In this document: positions 28,735 through 38,324 of the stretch, piece by piece
Layout of the letters: each line of letters begins with the position of its first letter
Numbering within the stretch: the stretch's first letter is position 1
From: Candidatus Tayloriibacteriota bacterium
GTDB lineage: Bacteria; Patescibacteriota; Minisyncoccia; Phycocordibacterales; PALSA-1337
Direction: 5' to 3'
Assembly (NCBI GenBank): GCA_943350765.1
Contig: CALRAJ010000001.1
Location: forward strand, 96,689 to 160,688
Length of the DNA: 64,000 nucleotides
The notes under the pieces: model-generated
The model's input: the letters and a program-made list of their open reading frames with translations, nothing else
The model's database searches: none
What the model was told of the DNA's origin: nothing
Translations under genes and position numbers: made by a program

Positions 28735-30046
28735 AAGAAATCGGATTCTGATATGCATCTAGACTAGCACTCGGGACTGCAACCGAGCTACAGTACTTAC
28801 TATTAGGATTTTTTAGTATTCTAACACCTTCTGTGGCGAGTACTCCAAAATGTAAATGTGGTCCAAATGAGTAGCCAGTATTACCACTGTAGCCAATAAC
28901 ATCACCCGTAGTGACAGCCTGACCGACTTGAACACTCACTAGCGACAAATGTCCGTAAACTGTCGAAAGACCGTTTGGATGCTCAACCAGTACCCAGTTA
29001 CCATACGAGTAGCAACCTTTGGCTAGGTCAGTATTTCCTGTACCTTTTACTACCCCGCCGAGTGCAGTTTTTACTCTAGTACCTACTGATGCCCTTAGAT
29101 CAATGCCGTTATGCCCTCTACCACCGTATGGATTATTTGCCACAACAAATTCTGTATTTCCATAATATTGAGTCACAAAAACTTTATCCAATGGCCACGA
29201 AAGCGCCTTTGAACCCACAGATGGAATATCATTTAAGTTTATAGCTATACGAAGTTCTGATTCATATTGAAAGAGTTCTCTAGCGTATTCATCATGTTTT
29301 GCCTTTTTCTCTGCAAGAAGCTTTTTATAGCTATCTTCCTGATTTTTTGTTTCTGCAAGAAGCTTATTCTTTTCCTTTTTATTTTCTTCTAGAACACGGA
29401 CTTGATACTTGAATTCTGATCTTAGGGTGACCAGCTCTCTGTTTTTTGCTTCAATTTCTTTTTTATTACCCTCCAAACCTCGTTTGGTAATCTTTAGATT
29501 ATCCACCAAATCAGTAATCCCCTGTTGTATCTTTAGTAAAGAATACACCTCATCTGATCCACTCGAGATAGACTCTTGTAATAAAAAAGTTTCTATTATT
29601 GAAGTGGAATCCTTCCTGTAAATACTTTGAAAAGATTTTTTAATTATTTTTCTATTCTCGATTATAGAGTCATCTTTTATACCGATCTGGATACCCAATC
29701 TTTGTACCTCAAGATTTGTGGTTTTAATTTTATTCTCGGTCAGGGCTACAGACGCTTCGATCTTTTTTCGAGATATATCAAGAGAAAGTATTGTATTTGA
29801 AAGTGTATTGGCACTTTTACTCAAAACATCTATTTGATCTTGGTAGCGGGCAATCTCTTTTTCCAATTCGGTCCGTTTACTTTGTGTCTCAGTAATCGAG
29901 CTTCTAAGCTCGTCAACAGATTTTGCACCATATGTCTGTATAGGCATCAAAGATAATAAACCGCAAAAAGATATTATTAAAAAAGTTAGAGGTAAAAAAA
30001 CCTTTACAAAGCCACGGCTATTTTTTAATAAGAATATCTCGTGCAT
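28727..30046 (-). CDS. M23 family metallopeptidase with N-terminal coiled coil (EnvC/NlpD-like murein hydrolase)
   Basis: Signal/TM, 250-aa coiled coil, then LytM motifs HNGIDLRA and HLHFGV. Confidence 0.85.
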   Translation of the reverse strand: MHEIFLLKNSRGFVKVFLPLTFLIISFCGLLSLMPIQTYGAKSVDELRSSITETQSKRTELEKEIARYQDQIDVLSKSANTLSNTILSLDISRKKIEASVALTENKIKTTNLEVQRLGIQIGIKDDSIIENRKIIKKSFQSIYRKDSTSIIETFLLQESISSGSDEVYSLLKIQQGITDLVDNLKITKRGLEGNKKEIEAKNRELVTLRSEFKYQVRVLEENKKEKNKLLAETKNQEDSYKKLLAEKKAKHDEYARELFQYESELRIAINLNDIPSVGSKALSWPLDKVFVTQYYGNTEFVVANNPYGGRGHNGIDLRASVGTRVKTALGGVVKGTGNTDLAKGCYSYGNWVLVEHPNGLSTVYGHLSLVSVQVGQAVTTGDVIGYSGNTGYSFGPHLHFGVLATEGVRILKNPNSKYCSSVAVPSASLDAYQNPISFL

Positions 30047-31376
30047 AATTTAGTCTGTTTAGAGTTTCCTTTTTGCCGAGTAATTCTGTTAAAATAAACG
30101 GGTCTGGTGACTTTTCAAGCCCCGACAGTGCATATCGCATCGGCCAAAGTACCTGTCCCCTACCAACACTTTCCACATATGTCCAAATCGCCTCCTTTAC
30201 AGTATTTTTATCAAATGTTTTTTCAGAAATTAAACATAATATCTCAATAATTTTCGATAGATACCCAGCCGTCTCCTCAGGTGTAGCCTTACCTTTCCAG
30301 AGTAATGCATCGAAAGTGTAGCTAGGTGTACTTTGTAAATAGCTAAAATCACCATCTTTTTCCATTTGTGAAATTTCACCAAGTGTACTTATTCGTTCAA
30401 AAACCAGCGGTGTAAGCTTGACGAGTGTATTCACATCGAGCGAGTCGAGCTTTGGCGCCCACTGTGTGAGTAGTTTTGTTTGCTCAGCTAGAGGAATCTT
30501 TTTAATATATTCTTTGTTTACCCACTGAAGTTTTTCCTCATTGAAAATAGCACCAGATTTGTTGATGCGTTCGATTTTAAACTCCCGAATGAGCTCATCG
30601 AGACTAAATATTTCCTGTTCGGTACCAGGATTCCAACCCAAAAGAGCTAGATAATTGATCAATGCCTCTGGTAAATAGCCCTTTTCCCGATATTCTTTTA
30701 CAGAAACAGCACCATGTCTCCCAGACAGCTTGCTTTTATCCTTTGCTAGAATAAGTGGCAAGTGCGCATACATAGGTCGAGTCGCACCAATAGCTTCCTG
30801 GATCAAAATCTGACGAGGGGTGTTTGAAATGCCGTCTTCCCCACGAATAATGTGTGTGGTACCCATTTCAAAATCATCGACAACAACAGCGAGGTGGTAT
30901 AACGGCTCATTTACAGAGCGGGCTATAATAAAATCTTTTAGATCAGTAGTATCGAATGTGATTTCGCCACGGATAAGGTCTGTAAAGGTAATGATCTTGT
31001 TTGGGTTTTTAAAACGAATAACCTCGGTTCTAGTCCTACCTTCTATTTTATCAGCTTCTGTTGGATCTTCTTTTGATACATATGCAAAGCCAGTATCAAT
31101 CATTTTTAGCAAATACTTTTTATAAATATCAGTTCTTTGAGACTGCCAAAAAGGTCCTGTATCATAAGAAATACCTAGCCATTGTAAAGATTCAATAATA
31201 TCAGTTTGAAATTCCTTTTTTGAGCGTTCAGTGTCGGTATCTTCAAATCTAAAAACCATCTCTCCTTTATTTTGTTTGGAAAATATGTAGTTAAAAAGAG
31301 CGGTACGGGCACGACCAATATGCATAAAACCAGTCGGCGATGGTGGAAAACGAGTGATTACTTTTGTTGCTGACAT
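30018..31376 (-). CDS. gltX: Glutamate--tRNA ligase
   Basis: HIGH motif PSPTGFMHIGRART and KLSGR (KMSKS-like). Confidence 0.9.
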   Translation of the reverse strand: MSATKVITRFPPSPTGFMHIGRARTALFNYIFSKQNKGEMVFRFEDTDTERSKKEFQTDIIESLQWLGISYDTGPFWQSQRTDIYKKYLLKMIDTGFAYVSKEDPTEADKIEGRTRTEVIRFKNPNKIITFTDLIRGEITFDTTDLKDFIIARSVNEPLYHLAVVVDDFEMGTTHIIRGEDGISNTPRQILIQEAIGATRPMYAHLPLILAKDKSKLSGRHGAVSVKEYREKGYLPEALINYLALLGWNPGTEQEIFSLDELIREFKIERINKSGAIFNEEKLQWVNKEYIKKIPLAEQTKLLTQWAPKLDSLDVNTLVKLTPLVFERISTLGEISQMEKDGDFSYLQSTPSYTFDALLWKGKATPEETAGYLSKIIEILCLISEKTFDKNTVKEAIWTYVESVGRGQVLWPMRYALSGLEKSPDPFILTELLGKKETLNRLNYARDILIKK

Positions 31377-31422
31377 ACTGCGTATTATAACATAGTTTAG
31401 TCAAAATATCGCTCCAGCCAGT

Positions 31423-31452
31423 AGGCATATACGCCATGGCGTATATGCCTAT
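31423..31452. repeat. Perfect palindrome (family F4: atatacgccatggcgtatat)
   Basis: taggcatatacgccatggcgtatatgccta; a related 46-bp copy is at 34575. Confidence 0.75.
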
Positions 31453-31477
31453 AGTATCAAATTTTGTTTACACACAA

Positions 31478-31513
31478 ACCTAAACGGCTAAACACCAGTG
31501 TTTAGCCGTTTAG
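31478..31513. repeat. REP-like palindrome (family F3: acggctaaacacc.gtgtttagccgt)
   Basis: ctaaacggctaaacaccagtgtttagccgtttag; relatives at 33866 and 53309. Confidence 0.75.
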
Positions 31514-31574
31514 CGTGCCTACATAGAGCCATTTTCGTTTTTAGCAATTTTACACTGTTTTAGGCAAAAAGAGT

Positions 31575-31617
31575 CCAACGGCTCACTAGTTTTGAGATAA
31601 AACCAGTGAGCCGTTGG
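31575..31617. repeat. REP-like palindrome (family F2: aacggctcactggtttt...aaaaccagtgagccgtt)
   Basis: ccaacggctcactagttttgagataaaaccagtgagccgttgg; a relative is at 56330. Confidence 0.75.
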
Positions 31618-31628
31618 GTAGGATTTTA

Positions 31629-31652
31629 ACCCGCGGCGTACTCGCCGCGGGT
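31629..31652. repeat. GC-rich palindrome acccgcggcgtactcgccgcgggt
   Basis: Perfect 10-bp arms. Confidence 0.6.
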
Positions 31653-31720
31653 CTACCTCCCCTAGCAATCACTACCCTTCAAAATCTTTACCCAAAAAAC
31701 CTCTGTAGAGATTTACCCCT

Positions 31721-32422
31721 TTACCACCCCTTTTCCTTTAGTCCATTTTCTGCGGCTTTCTGCTCTGCTTCCTGTTTTGAGGGTCCTTCTCCAATCGCCA
31801 CCTGAACATCACCCAAAAATACTCCTAGCGTAAATACTTTGTCATGATCTGGACCTTCCTCGCGAAGAGTTTTGTAAGCTGGTGTTACACCGATTTTATC
31901 CTGTGCCTGCTCCTGAAAACGACTCTTTGCATCGAGCCATGTTTTATTCTTTACAATACTAGCAATGTCTATCAAATCAAATAAATTGCGTCTAATAAAG
32001 TCTTTGACAGCATCATAGCCTGCATCTACATACAAAGCACCGATTACCGCCTCAAAAGTATCCGCGAGAATAATCTGTCTAGCTCTGCCCATATCTTTTG
32101 CCTCACCTTTTGACAAAAGCAAGTAATCATTTATATCTAGGCTGGTCGAGGCTCTAGCCAAGCTAAGTGTATTTACCAATGCTGAACGATACGAGGTTAG
32201 ATCACCTTCTGTCTTGTCAGGATATTTTTTATATAAATAGTCTGTGGATACTAGTTCAAGTACAGCATCACCGAGGAACTCTAGGCGCTCGTTGTGAGAC
32301 ATTTTTAGACCTTTATTTTCATTCAAATATGAACGATGGGTAAAAGCTTGTATTAAAAGATTTTTATTTGTAAAAGTTATCCCTGCTTTTTTTTCGAATA
32401 CCGAAATATCTGTAGTTGCCAT
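31721..32422 (-). CDS. rnc: Ribonuclease III
   Basis: Signature ERLEFLGDAVLE plus a C-terminal dsRBD. Confidence 0.9.
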   Translation of the reverse strand: MATTDISVFEKKAGITFTNKNLLIQAFTHRSYLNENKGLKMSHNERLEFLGDAVLELVSTDYLYKKYPDKTEGDLTSYRSALVNTLSLARASTSLDINDYLLLSKGEAKDMGRARQIILADTFEAVIGALYVDAGYDAVKDFIRRNLFDLIDIASIVKNKTWLDAKSRFQEQAQDKIGVTPAYKTLREEGPDHDKVFTLGVFLGDVQVAIGEGPSKQEAEQKAAENGLKEKGW

Positions 32423-32428
32423 GATGTT

Positions 32429-33331
32429 TTATTTGCTGGTTAAAATAGTAACTGCCTTGGTCACAAGTGGTAAAATATCATTATATAAATTGAGCTCCGC
32501 TATTTCGGTCAATGGGAACCAGCGGAGATCATTTAGTCCACCACTGGTCTTGTCGAGAACGAGAGTAGAAAAATCGGTTTTTGCTAAGTAGTAAATAACC
32601 TGTTTTCGTATCTTCCCCTTTTCTGGATCAGAGGCAATGTACTCGTTGTCCCCTAGCTTTTCACCAGCTTTTATCACAAGACCGATTTCCTTTTGTACCA
32701 CACGCTCAGTCCCCACTTCATCACCCTCTTCTAAAGTAATGTGTCCCTTTGGCAATGTCCAGTGACCAAAAATATCATGGACAAATGCAAACTGAAACTG
32801 CCCTTTGTCGTCTTTGGCATAGACGACAGCACCACCAAGCTTTTCTATGGGCATTTCCTCATAAGGAACATTTTTGAATATCTTTTTCTTTGAGACACTG
32901 TCTTTGCCTGGCTCGCCGATCTCCTTGTATACAGAGCCGAGTACACCGTTGATAAATTTACTACTGTTCTCTCCACCAAATGTTTTTGCTAGTTCAATAG
33001 CCTCGTTGATAGCAACTTTGGCTGGAACCTCGGTGCGGTCAGCAAAAAGTAACTCATAAAGCCCGATACGGAGAATGTTTCGATCAATAATAGATATCTT
33101 GTCTATTGGCCAGTCAGGTGCAGCTTTTTCAATAATTCTATCGAGGTCAGGTTTTTTATTTAAAAGGTTCTCCACAAGCTGTTCCATAAACGAAAAATCT
33201 CCAAGACCTGGGGCAAATTCTTCCATATTACGGACGAAAATAGCCTTTGCCTTGGAAATATCGTAACTACGAAAATCCCACTCAAAGAGTGATTGGAGTA
33301 CTATTGATCTTGAAAGGTGCCTATTTGCCAT
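32429..33331 (-). CDS. nusB: NusB antitermination factor fused to a C-terminal NUDIX-like domain
   Basis: N-terminal 140 aa is NusB-like (MANRHLSRSIVLQSLFEWDF...AINEAIELAKTFGGE). The C-terminal 150 aa carries a Nudix-box-like GHITLEEGDEVGTERVVQKEIGL. Confidence 0.7.
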   Translation of the reverse strand: MANRHLSRSIVLQSLFEWDFRSYDISKAKAIFVRNMEEFAPGLGDFSFMEQLVENLLNKKPDLDRIIEKAAPDWPIDKISIIDRNILRIGLYELLFADRTEVPAKVAINEAIELAKTFGGENSSKFINGVLGSVYKEIGEPGKDSVSKKKIFKNVPYEEMPIEKLGGAVVYAKDDKGQFQFAFVHDIFGHWTLPKGHITLEEGDEVGTERVVQKEIGLVIKAGEKLGDNEYIASDPEKGKIRKQVIYYLAKTDFSTLVLDKTSGGLNDLRWFPLTEIAELNLYNDILPLVTKAVTILTSK

Positions 33332-33378
33332 ATATTTTTAAAGCTTCTTTCTTCAACTTACCCCCACTTATTCTTTTC

Positions 33379-33612
33379 CTATTTGGACTCTGCGGGGGCT
33401 GTTTTTGACTTTACCTTTTTCTCTGCCTTTTTTATCGCTACACTCATATCTATGATCACTTTGCCTCGGTATTTGCCACAATTGCCACAGGCAGTGTGGC
33501 GAAGGCGTGGTGAACTACACTCACTACAGACAGTGGTCTGGATATTGGTGAGGGCGTGATGTGATCGTCTATTGTCCCGATGGGCTCGGGTTGCTCGCAT
33601 TCGATTTACCAT
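33379..33612 (-). CDS. rpmF: 50S ribosomal protein L32
   Basis: MVNRMRATRAHRDNRRSHHALT...C.EC....HTACGNCGKYRGK; the L32 N-terminal motif and zinc ribbon are present. Confidence 0.8.
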   Translation of the reverse strand: MVNRMRATRAHRDNRRSHHALTNIQTTVCSECSSPRLRHTACGNCGKYRGKVIIDMSVAIKKAEKKVKSKTAPAESK

Positions 33613-33619
33613 ATATTTA

Positions 33620-33865
33620 TAGTATATAGGGTTTTATAAAAATAGCAAGCGCCATACAGGAGCCATACAGGAGCCATGACTTGTGGCGGGAGTACTAAAG
33701 CTCAACAGAGCGTAGTACTGGTGGCGAAGATGCTGAGTTTAGCGAAACGAAGTGCAAAGAGCTTAGCAAAGCGAATGTGCAAGAGCTGTAACCATTTATT
33801 TGTGTAAAAATCAATAATTTAGAGCAAATTTACCGATTTTACAATATGCCTCAACATAGCCATTC
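33620..33865. repeat. Composite repeated leader element upstream of rpmF (copy L1), ending in an F3 palindrome
   Basis: Shares gcaagcgcca, agagcgtagt, gcaaagagc.tagcaa.gcg and a terminal catcggctaaac.ccgtgtttagccgatgaaaaa with the element upstream of rplU (53095-53345). It contains the tandem gccatacaggagccatacaggagccatgac. Confidence 0.6.
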
Positions 33866-33896
33866 TCATCGGCTAAACACCGTGTTTAGCCGATGA
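33866..33896. repeat. REP-like palindrome (family F3)
   Basis: tcatcggctaaacaccgtgtttagccgatga. Confidence 0.75.
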
Positions 33897-33913
33897 AAAA
33901 TGCATGAATTGTC

Positions 33914-34543
33914 CTACTTAGCCCCGCTTTTTAAAAAGCTCTTGCGGTGTAGTGGTGATAAACCATACTTTTTTAGTTTTCCATAATGCTTTGCCGTGCC
34001 ATAACCTTTGTGTATTTCAAAATTATACTCAGGATACTTTTTTGCGTAAGCAACCATGAGCCTATCTCTCTTAACTTTTGCCACAATAGAAGCTAAACCG
34101 ATGATAGGCTCCTTTAGATCACCTTTGATAATAGTTTTTTGGTTTACATATTCTGTAGGAGCGTACAGACTACCATCGAGTAGAACTTGAATGTTGGCAG
34201 GATCAGGCGCCACCTTTTGTAGAGACTTTTGAAGCGCCTTTTTTATAGATGGGGCAAGGCCTTTTTCATCAATTTCCTTGGCAGATATAAAAGTCACGGC
34301 AAAATCAAGTACACCGGTCTTTTGTGCCAAACAAATTTTAGTAAACCATACTTCCCTATTTTCTGGCGAAATCATCTTAGAATCTTTTATCCCTGAAAAT
34401 AGATCTCGGAACCTAGCACGCGAAAGCTTTGCTTTCGCGTGCTTCACATCCACACACACCGCCCCTACCGCTACTGGTCCCGCGATAGGACCTCGTCCGA
34501 CTTCGTCTATTCCTACCACATATTTTAGATTAACTTTTTTCAT
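33914..34543 (-). CDS. rnhB: Ribonuclease HII
   Basis: VVGIDEVGRGPIAGPVAVGAV and the DDSK motifs are present. Confidence 0.9.
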   Translation of the reverse strand: MKKVNLKYVVGIDEVGRGPIAGPVAVGAVCVDVKHAKAKLSRARFRDLFSGIKDSKMISPENREVWFTKICLAQKTGVLDFAVTFISAKEIDEKGLAPSIKKALQKSLQKVAPDPANIQVLLDGSLYAPTEYVNQKTIIKGDLKEPIIGLASIVAKVKRDRLMVAYAKKYPEYNFEIHKGYGTAKHYGKLKKYGLSPLHRKSFLKSGAK

Positions 34544-34574
34544 AATATACTTTCATAAAGTATATCAAATTTCT

Positions 34575-34620
34575 TTACCCAAAACTCTAATATACGCCAT
34601 GGCGTATATTAGAGTTTTGG
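34575..34620. promoter_or_regulatory. 46-bp perfect palindrome in the divergent rnhB/dnaE intergenic region (candidate operator)
   Basis: acccaaaactctaatatacgccatggcgtatattagagttttgggt, followed by tataaaattatgctatagtatact (-10-like) before the dnaE ATG at 34652. Confidence 0.5.
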
Positions 34621-34651
34621 GTGTATAAAATTATGCTATAGTATACTCACT

Positions 34652-37600
34652 ATGGCTTCGAAATTTGTCCATCTGCATACCCACAGTCACTACTCTCTAC
34701 TCAATGCATTACCAAAAATAGATGAGCTAGTAAAAAAAGCCAAATCTCTCGGTCAATCTGCCATAGCTCTCACAGATGCAGGCAATTTGTACGGGGCTAT
34801 TGAATTTTATAAAACATCTAAAAAATTAGGTGTAAAACCTATCATAGGTATCGACGCATATGTTGCCCTCCGTACCCGAAAGGATATGCAAGCTGGGGTA
34901 GATAATCGTCGGGCAAGATTACTGCTTCTCGCAAAAAATCTAGCTGGCTATAAAAATCTCATTCAGCTTGTTACCAAATCCCATCTCGAAGGCTTTTACT
35001 ATAAACCTCGCCTCGATGCCGAGCTTATTGAAACTTACTCACAAGACTTAGTAGCTATAGCACCATCTTTTTCTAGCGAAATAAGTCTAGCTATAAAAAA
35101 TCGTGACCTCGAAAAAGCTAAAACAAAAATTGCCTGGTACAAAAAAGTCTACGGTCTTGAAAACTTCTTTATCGAAATCACCCATCATCCAGAAATAGAG
35201 GGTCATGAGGGACTTATGCAACAGCTCTTGAAACTCGCTCGCGAGACCGAGACCCCAATCGTAGCAGCTCACGATGTCTACTATATAAATCCAGATGACA
35301 GATCCGCACGGGACACCCTCATGCTCGTAAATACTCACGGTGATGTTTCAGACCGTATTTCTGACGATGATGATGAAAACTTTTCCTTTCTTTCTGGAGA
35401 AGAAATGGAAGATTTATTTAAAAATGAGCCTGACGCTATTGAAAACACTGCCAAAATCGCTGATATGTGCAACCTCGATCTTGAGCTAGGCAAATGGGTG
35501 TTTCCCGACTACAAAGTAGCCAGTGGACTTTCCTATGATGATGAGCTTCGTCGACTCGTGTACGAAGGTATTCCTAAGAGAAAAGTTGAGAAAACTGAAG
35601 AGGTTGAAAAGCGTATTGAGTACGAACTCTCAGTAATCAAAGCAAAAGGTTATGCACCATATTTTCTTGTAGTATCCGACCTACTTCAGTTTGCTCATGC
35701 CCACCATATCCTCACCACTATCCGAGGCTCGGTCGCAGGCTCTATGGTTACATACCTCGCAGGTATTACTAATGTAAATCCTATTGAATACAAGCTTCCG
35801 TTTGAACGCTTTTTGAATCCCGAAAGACCTTCTGCACCAGATATCGACATGGACTATGCCGATAACCGTCGAGATGAAATGATAGCCTATGCAAAAAGTA
35901 AATATGGTGAAGACAAAGTCGCCCAAATAGGTACTTTTGGTACTATGGCTGCCCGTGGGGCTGTGCGTGATGTCGCCCGTGCTATGGGTTTTCCTTATGA
36001 TGTTGGTGATAGAATCTCCAAACTTATCCCAATGGGTGCCCAAGGCTTTCCGATGACTATTGACCGCGCTATTGAGGAAGTCGCTGAGCTAAAAGAAATA
36101 TACGACAAGGAAGCCGATGTCAAGAAAATCATTGACATGGCAAAAAAGATCGAGGGCTGTGCGAGACATATCTCAGTACACGCAGCTGGGGTCGTTATTG
36201 CCCCTTTTCCACTGACAGACTACACATCTCTACAGTACGATACCAAAGGCGAAAATAAAATCATTACCCAGTTTGACATGCACGCTGTCGAGGACGCGGG
36301 TCTACTCAAGTTTGACTTCCTAGGTATAAAAAACCTCTCAATCCTCGCAGATGCTGTCGAACGAGTAAAGAAAATAGAAAATATCGAGGTAGATATTGAA
36401 AATGTACCACTAGATGACGCAAAAACTTTTTCAATGCTTGCAAAGGGTGAAACGGCTGGGCTTTTCCAGCTCAATGGTGCAGGTATGACCAAATTTCTAA
36501 AAGAACTCAAACCTAGTACTATCCATGATATCAACGCTATGGTGGCACTCTATCGACCAGGTCCTATGGAATGTATTCCTCAGTATATCGAGCGAAAGCA
36601 CAATCCGGAGCTTGTAAAGTATCTCGACCCTCGCATGAAAGATATTCTCGCTCAGTCATATGGTGTGATCACTTATCAGGACGATGTTATGATGATCGCT
36701 ATCAAGCTCGGTGGCTACTCGTGGCTCGAGGCAGACAAGCTTCGTAAAGCGATGGGTAAAAAGATTCCAAAAGAAATGGAAGAGCAGAAAGGCAAACTTC
36801 GAGAAGGTCTACTTAAAAATGGCATGAGTGAAAAAAAGGCCGACACACTCTGGAAGCTCATCGAGCCTTTTGCTGCCTACGGTTTCAACAAAGCCCATGC
36901 CGCCTCATACGGTCGTGTCGCCTACCAAACCGCATACATGAAGGCCAATTTCCCCACCATATATATGTCTGCCGTGCTTACCGCCGACTCTGGTGATGTG
37001 GAAAAGATTTATGAATTCATTACCGAATGTAAACGCATGGAAATACCAGTTCTTCCGCCCGATATCAACGAAAGTTTTAGTCAATTTACCATCGTCAAAG
37101 GCGACAACACTCCTACAAACCCCGACCGCATTCGTTTTGGACTTGTAACAATTAAAAACTTTGGTCAGGGTATTGCGACCGCTATTATTGAGGAGAGAAA
37201 AAATGGAGGAAAGTTTAAATCTCTTAGTGATTTTCTTGACCGAGTAAAAGATAAAAATTTAAATAAAAAATCTTTAGATGCTTTGATAAAAGCTGGAGCA
37301 ATGGACTCTTTTGGTGAAAGAGGCTCAATGATCGGCAACATGGAACAGCTCCTCGCCTACAACAAAGAGAAAGGCAAACTACCCGACAACCAAGACTCAC
37401 TTTTTGGCGGAATGGCCGATCACTCTAGTATTCCAACCTTGCGCTTAGCCGAAGTTCCCCCTGCCAGCCCTTCAGAAAAGCTTATTTGGGAAAAAGAGCT
37501 TCTCGGTCTGTACATTTCGGGACATCCACTCGATAAATATCGCGAAACTTTTGCCAAAAGAGATGTGGTGATTAAAACCATCAAAGACACCCCTAAAGAG

Positions 37601-37849
37601 GGGCAAATAGTCGTGTTGGCAGGTATTATTGAGGAAGCAAAAATTATTGCTACCAAAAAAGGAGACAATATGATGTTTTTGAGACTGGCTGACTTTACTG
37701 GCTCACTCGAAGTAGTTGTTTTTCCTCGGGTATTTGCCGAAGCAAAAAGTTTCCTCACTCCAGAATCCTGTGTGGCTATAAAGGGCAAGGTTTCGCTTCG
37801 TAACGGCGAGGTGGGCTTCCTCGCAGAGAAAATAAAAAAGTTGACATAA
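34652..37849 (+). CDS. dnaE: DNA polymerase III alpha subunit
   Basis: 1065 aa with the PHP domain HLHTHSHYSLLNA, the polymerase core and a C-terminal OB fold. Confidence 0.95.
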   Translation: MASKFVHLHTHSHYSLLNALPKIDELVKKAKSLGQSAIALTDAGNLYGAIEFYKTSKKLGVKPIIGIDAYVALRTRKDMQAGVDNRRARLLLLAKNLAGYKNLIQLVTKSHLEGFYYKPRLDAELIETYSQDLVAIAPSFSSEISLAIKNRDLEKAKTKIAWYKKVYGLENFFIEITHHPEIEGHEGLMQQLLKLARETETPIVAAHDVYYINPDDRSARDTLMLVNTHGDVSDRISDDDDENFSFLSGEEMEDLFKNEPDAIENTAKIADMCNLDLELGKWVFPDYKVASGLSYDDELRRLVYEGIPKRKVEKTEEVEKRIEYELSVIKAKGYAPYFLVVSDLLQFAHAHHILTTIRGSVAGSMVTYLAGITNVNPIEYKLPFERFLNPERPSAPDIDMDYADNRRDEMIAYAKSKYGEDKVAQIGTFGTMAARGAVRDVARAMGFPYDVGDRISKLIPMGAQGFPMTIDRAIEEVAELKEIYDKEADVKKIIDMAKKIEGCARHISVHAAGVVIAPFPLTDYTSLQYDTKGENKIITQFDMHAVEDAGLLKFDFLGIKNLSILADAVERVKKIENIEVDIENVPLDDAKTFSMLAKGETAGLFQLNGAGMTKFLKELKPSTIHDINAMVALYRPGPMECIPQYIERKHNPELVKYLDPRMKDILAQSYGVITYQDDVMMIAIKLGGYSWLEADKLRKAMGKKIPKEMEEQKGKLREGLLKNGMSEKKADTLWKLIEPFAAYGFNKAHAASYGRVAYQTAYMKANFPTIYMSAVLTADSGDVEKIYEFITECKRMEIPVLPPDINESFSQFTIVKGDNTPTNPDRIRFGLVTIKNFGQGIATAIIEERKNGGKFKSLSDFLDRVKDKNLNKKSLDALIKAGAMDSFGERGSMIGNMEQLLAYNKEKGKLPDNQDSLFGGMADHSSIPTLRLAEVPPASPSEKLIWEKELLGLYISGHPLDKYRETFAKRDVVIKTIKDTPKEGQIVVLAGIIEEAKIIATKKGDNMMFLRLADFTGSLEVVVFPRVFAEAKSFLTPESCVAIKGKVSLRNGEVGFLAEKIKKLT

Positions 37850-37931
37850 GTTTATTTATTATTTTGTTTATCTACGCTTCGCTCCAATATCTATCTATTC
37901 TAGACTACGCTCGTGCCTATAACGCGTCTTA

Positions 37932-38324
37932 CTAGACCGTCACATTCGCTCTAATAAGCTCAGTACTCCCGCCACAAGTCATGGCTCCTGTATCTTCCTC
38001 GCCTACGCTCGTCGACATTCTACAAATCTCTTCGAAATGCTTTTCTAGAAGTGGTTGTATTGAAAGCCGATTTCCCACTTGCGTGACCGGGACACCATTA
38101 AGCCGAGGATTGGCCTTGATTAGGGATATTGAAACTGGATTTTTAAATTTCTCAACAAAAACCATATCTACCTGCATCCAAATAGGATTTTCCTCTGTAG
38201 ATTTAGGATCAAAGTGATCATCCTTTGGATCCATCGCAGTGGTATCGGGATATGCTCCACTACCGACTTTTACTACTCCGACCGCTGAGGGAGGATTGAC
38301 ACTCGAATGATAGAAAATCACCAA
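37932..38324 (-). pseudogene. N-terminally truncated EVE (PUA-like) domain protein fragment
   Basis: VIFYHSSVNPPSAVGVVKVGSGAYPDTTA...DPKS...RLSIQPL matches the EVE core, but the canonical N-terminus (about 40 aa, YWLMKSEP) is missing. Only a GTG/TTG start 4 codons after a stop is available. The 3' end overlaps a repeat copy. Confidence 0.4.
37961..37993. repeat. 33-nt exact inverted copy (L3) of a segment of the rpmF leader element
   Basis: cagtactcccgccacaagtcatggctcctgtat is the reverse complement of 33655-33687. Confidence 0.7.

Noticed and set aside
37981-38217. Plus-strand 78-aa ORF starting MAPVSS
   Set aside because: It is antisense to the EVE-domain fragment, and its start lies inside the L3 repeat copy. 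It has no features.
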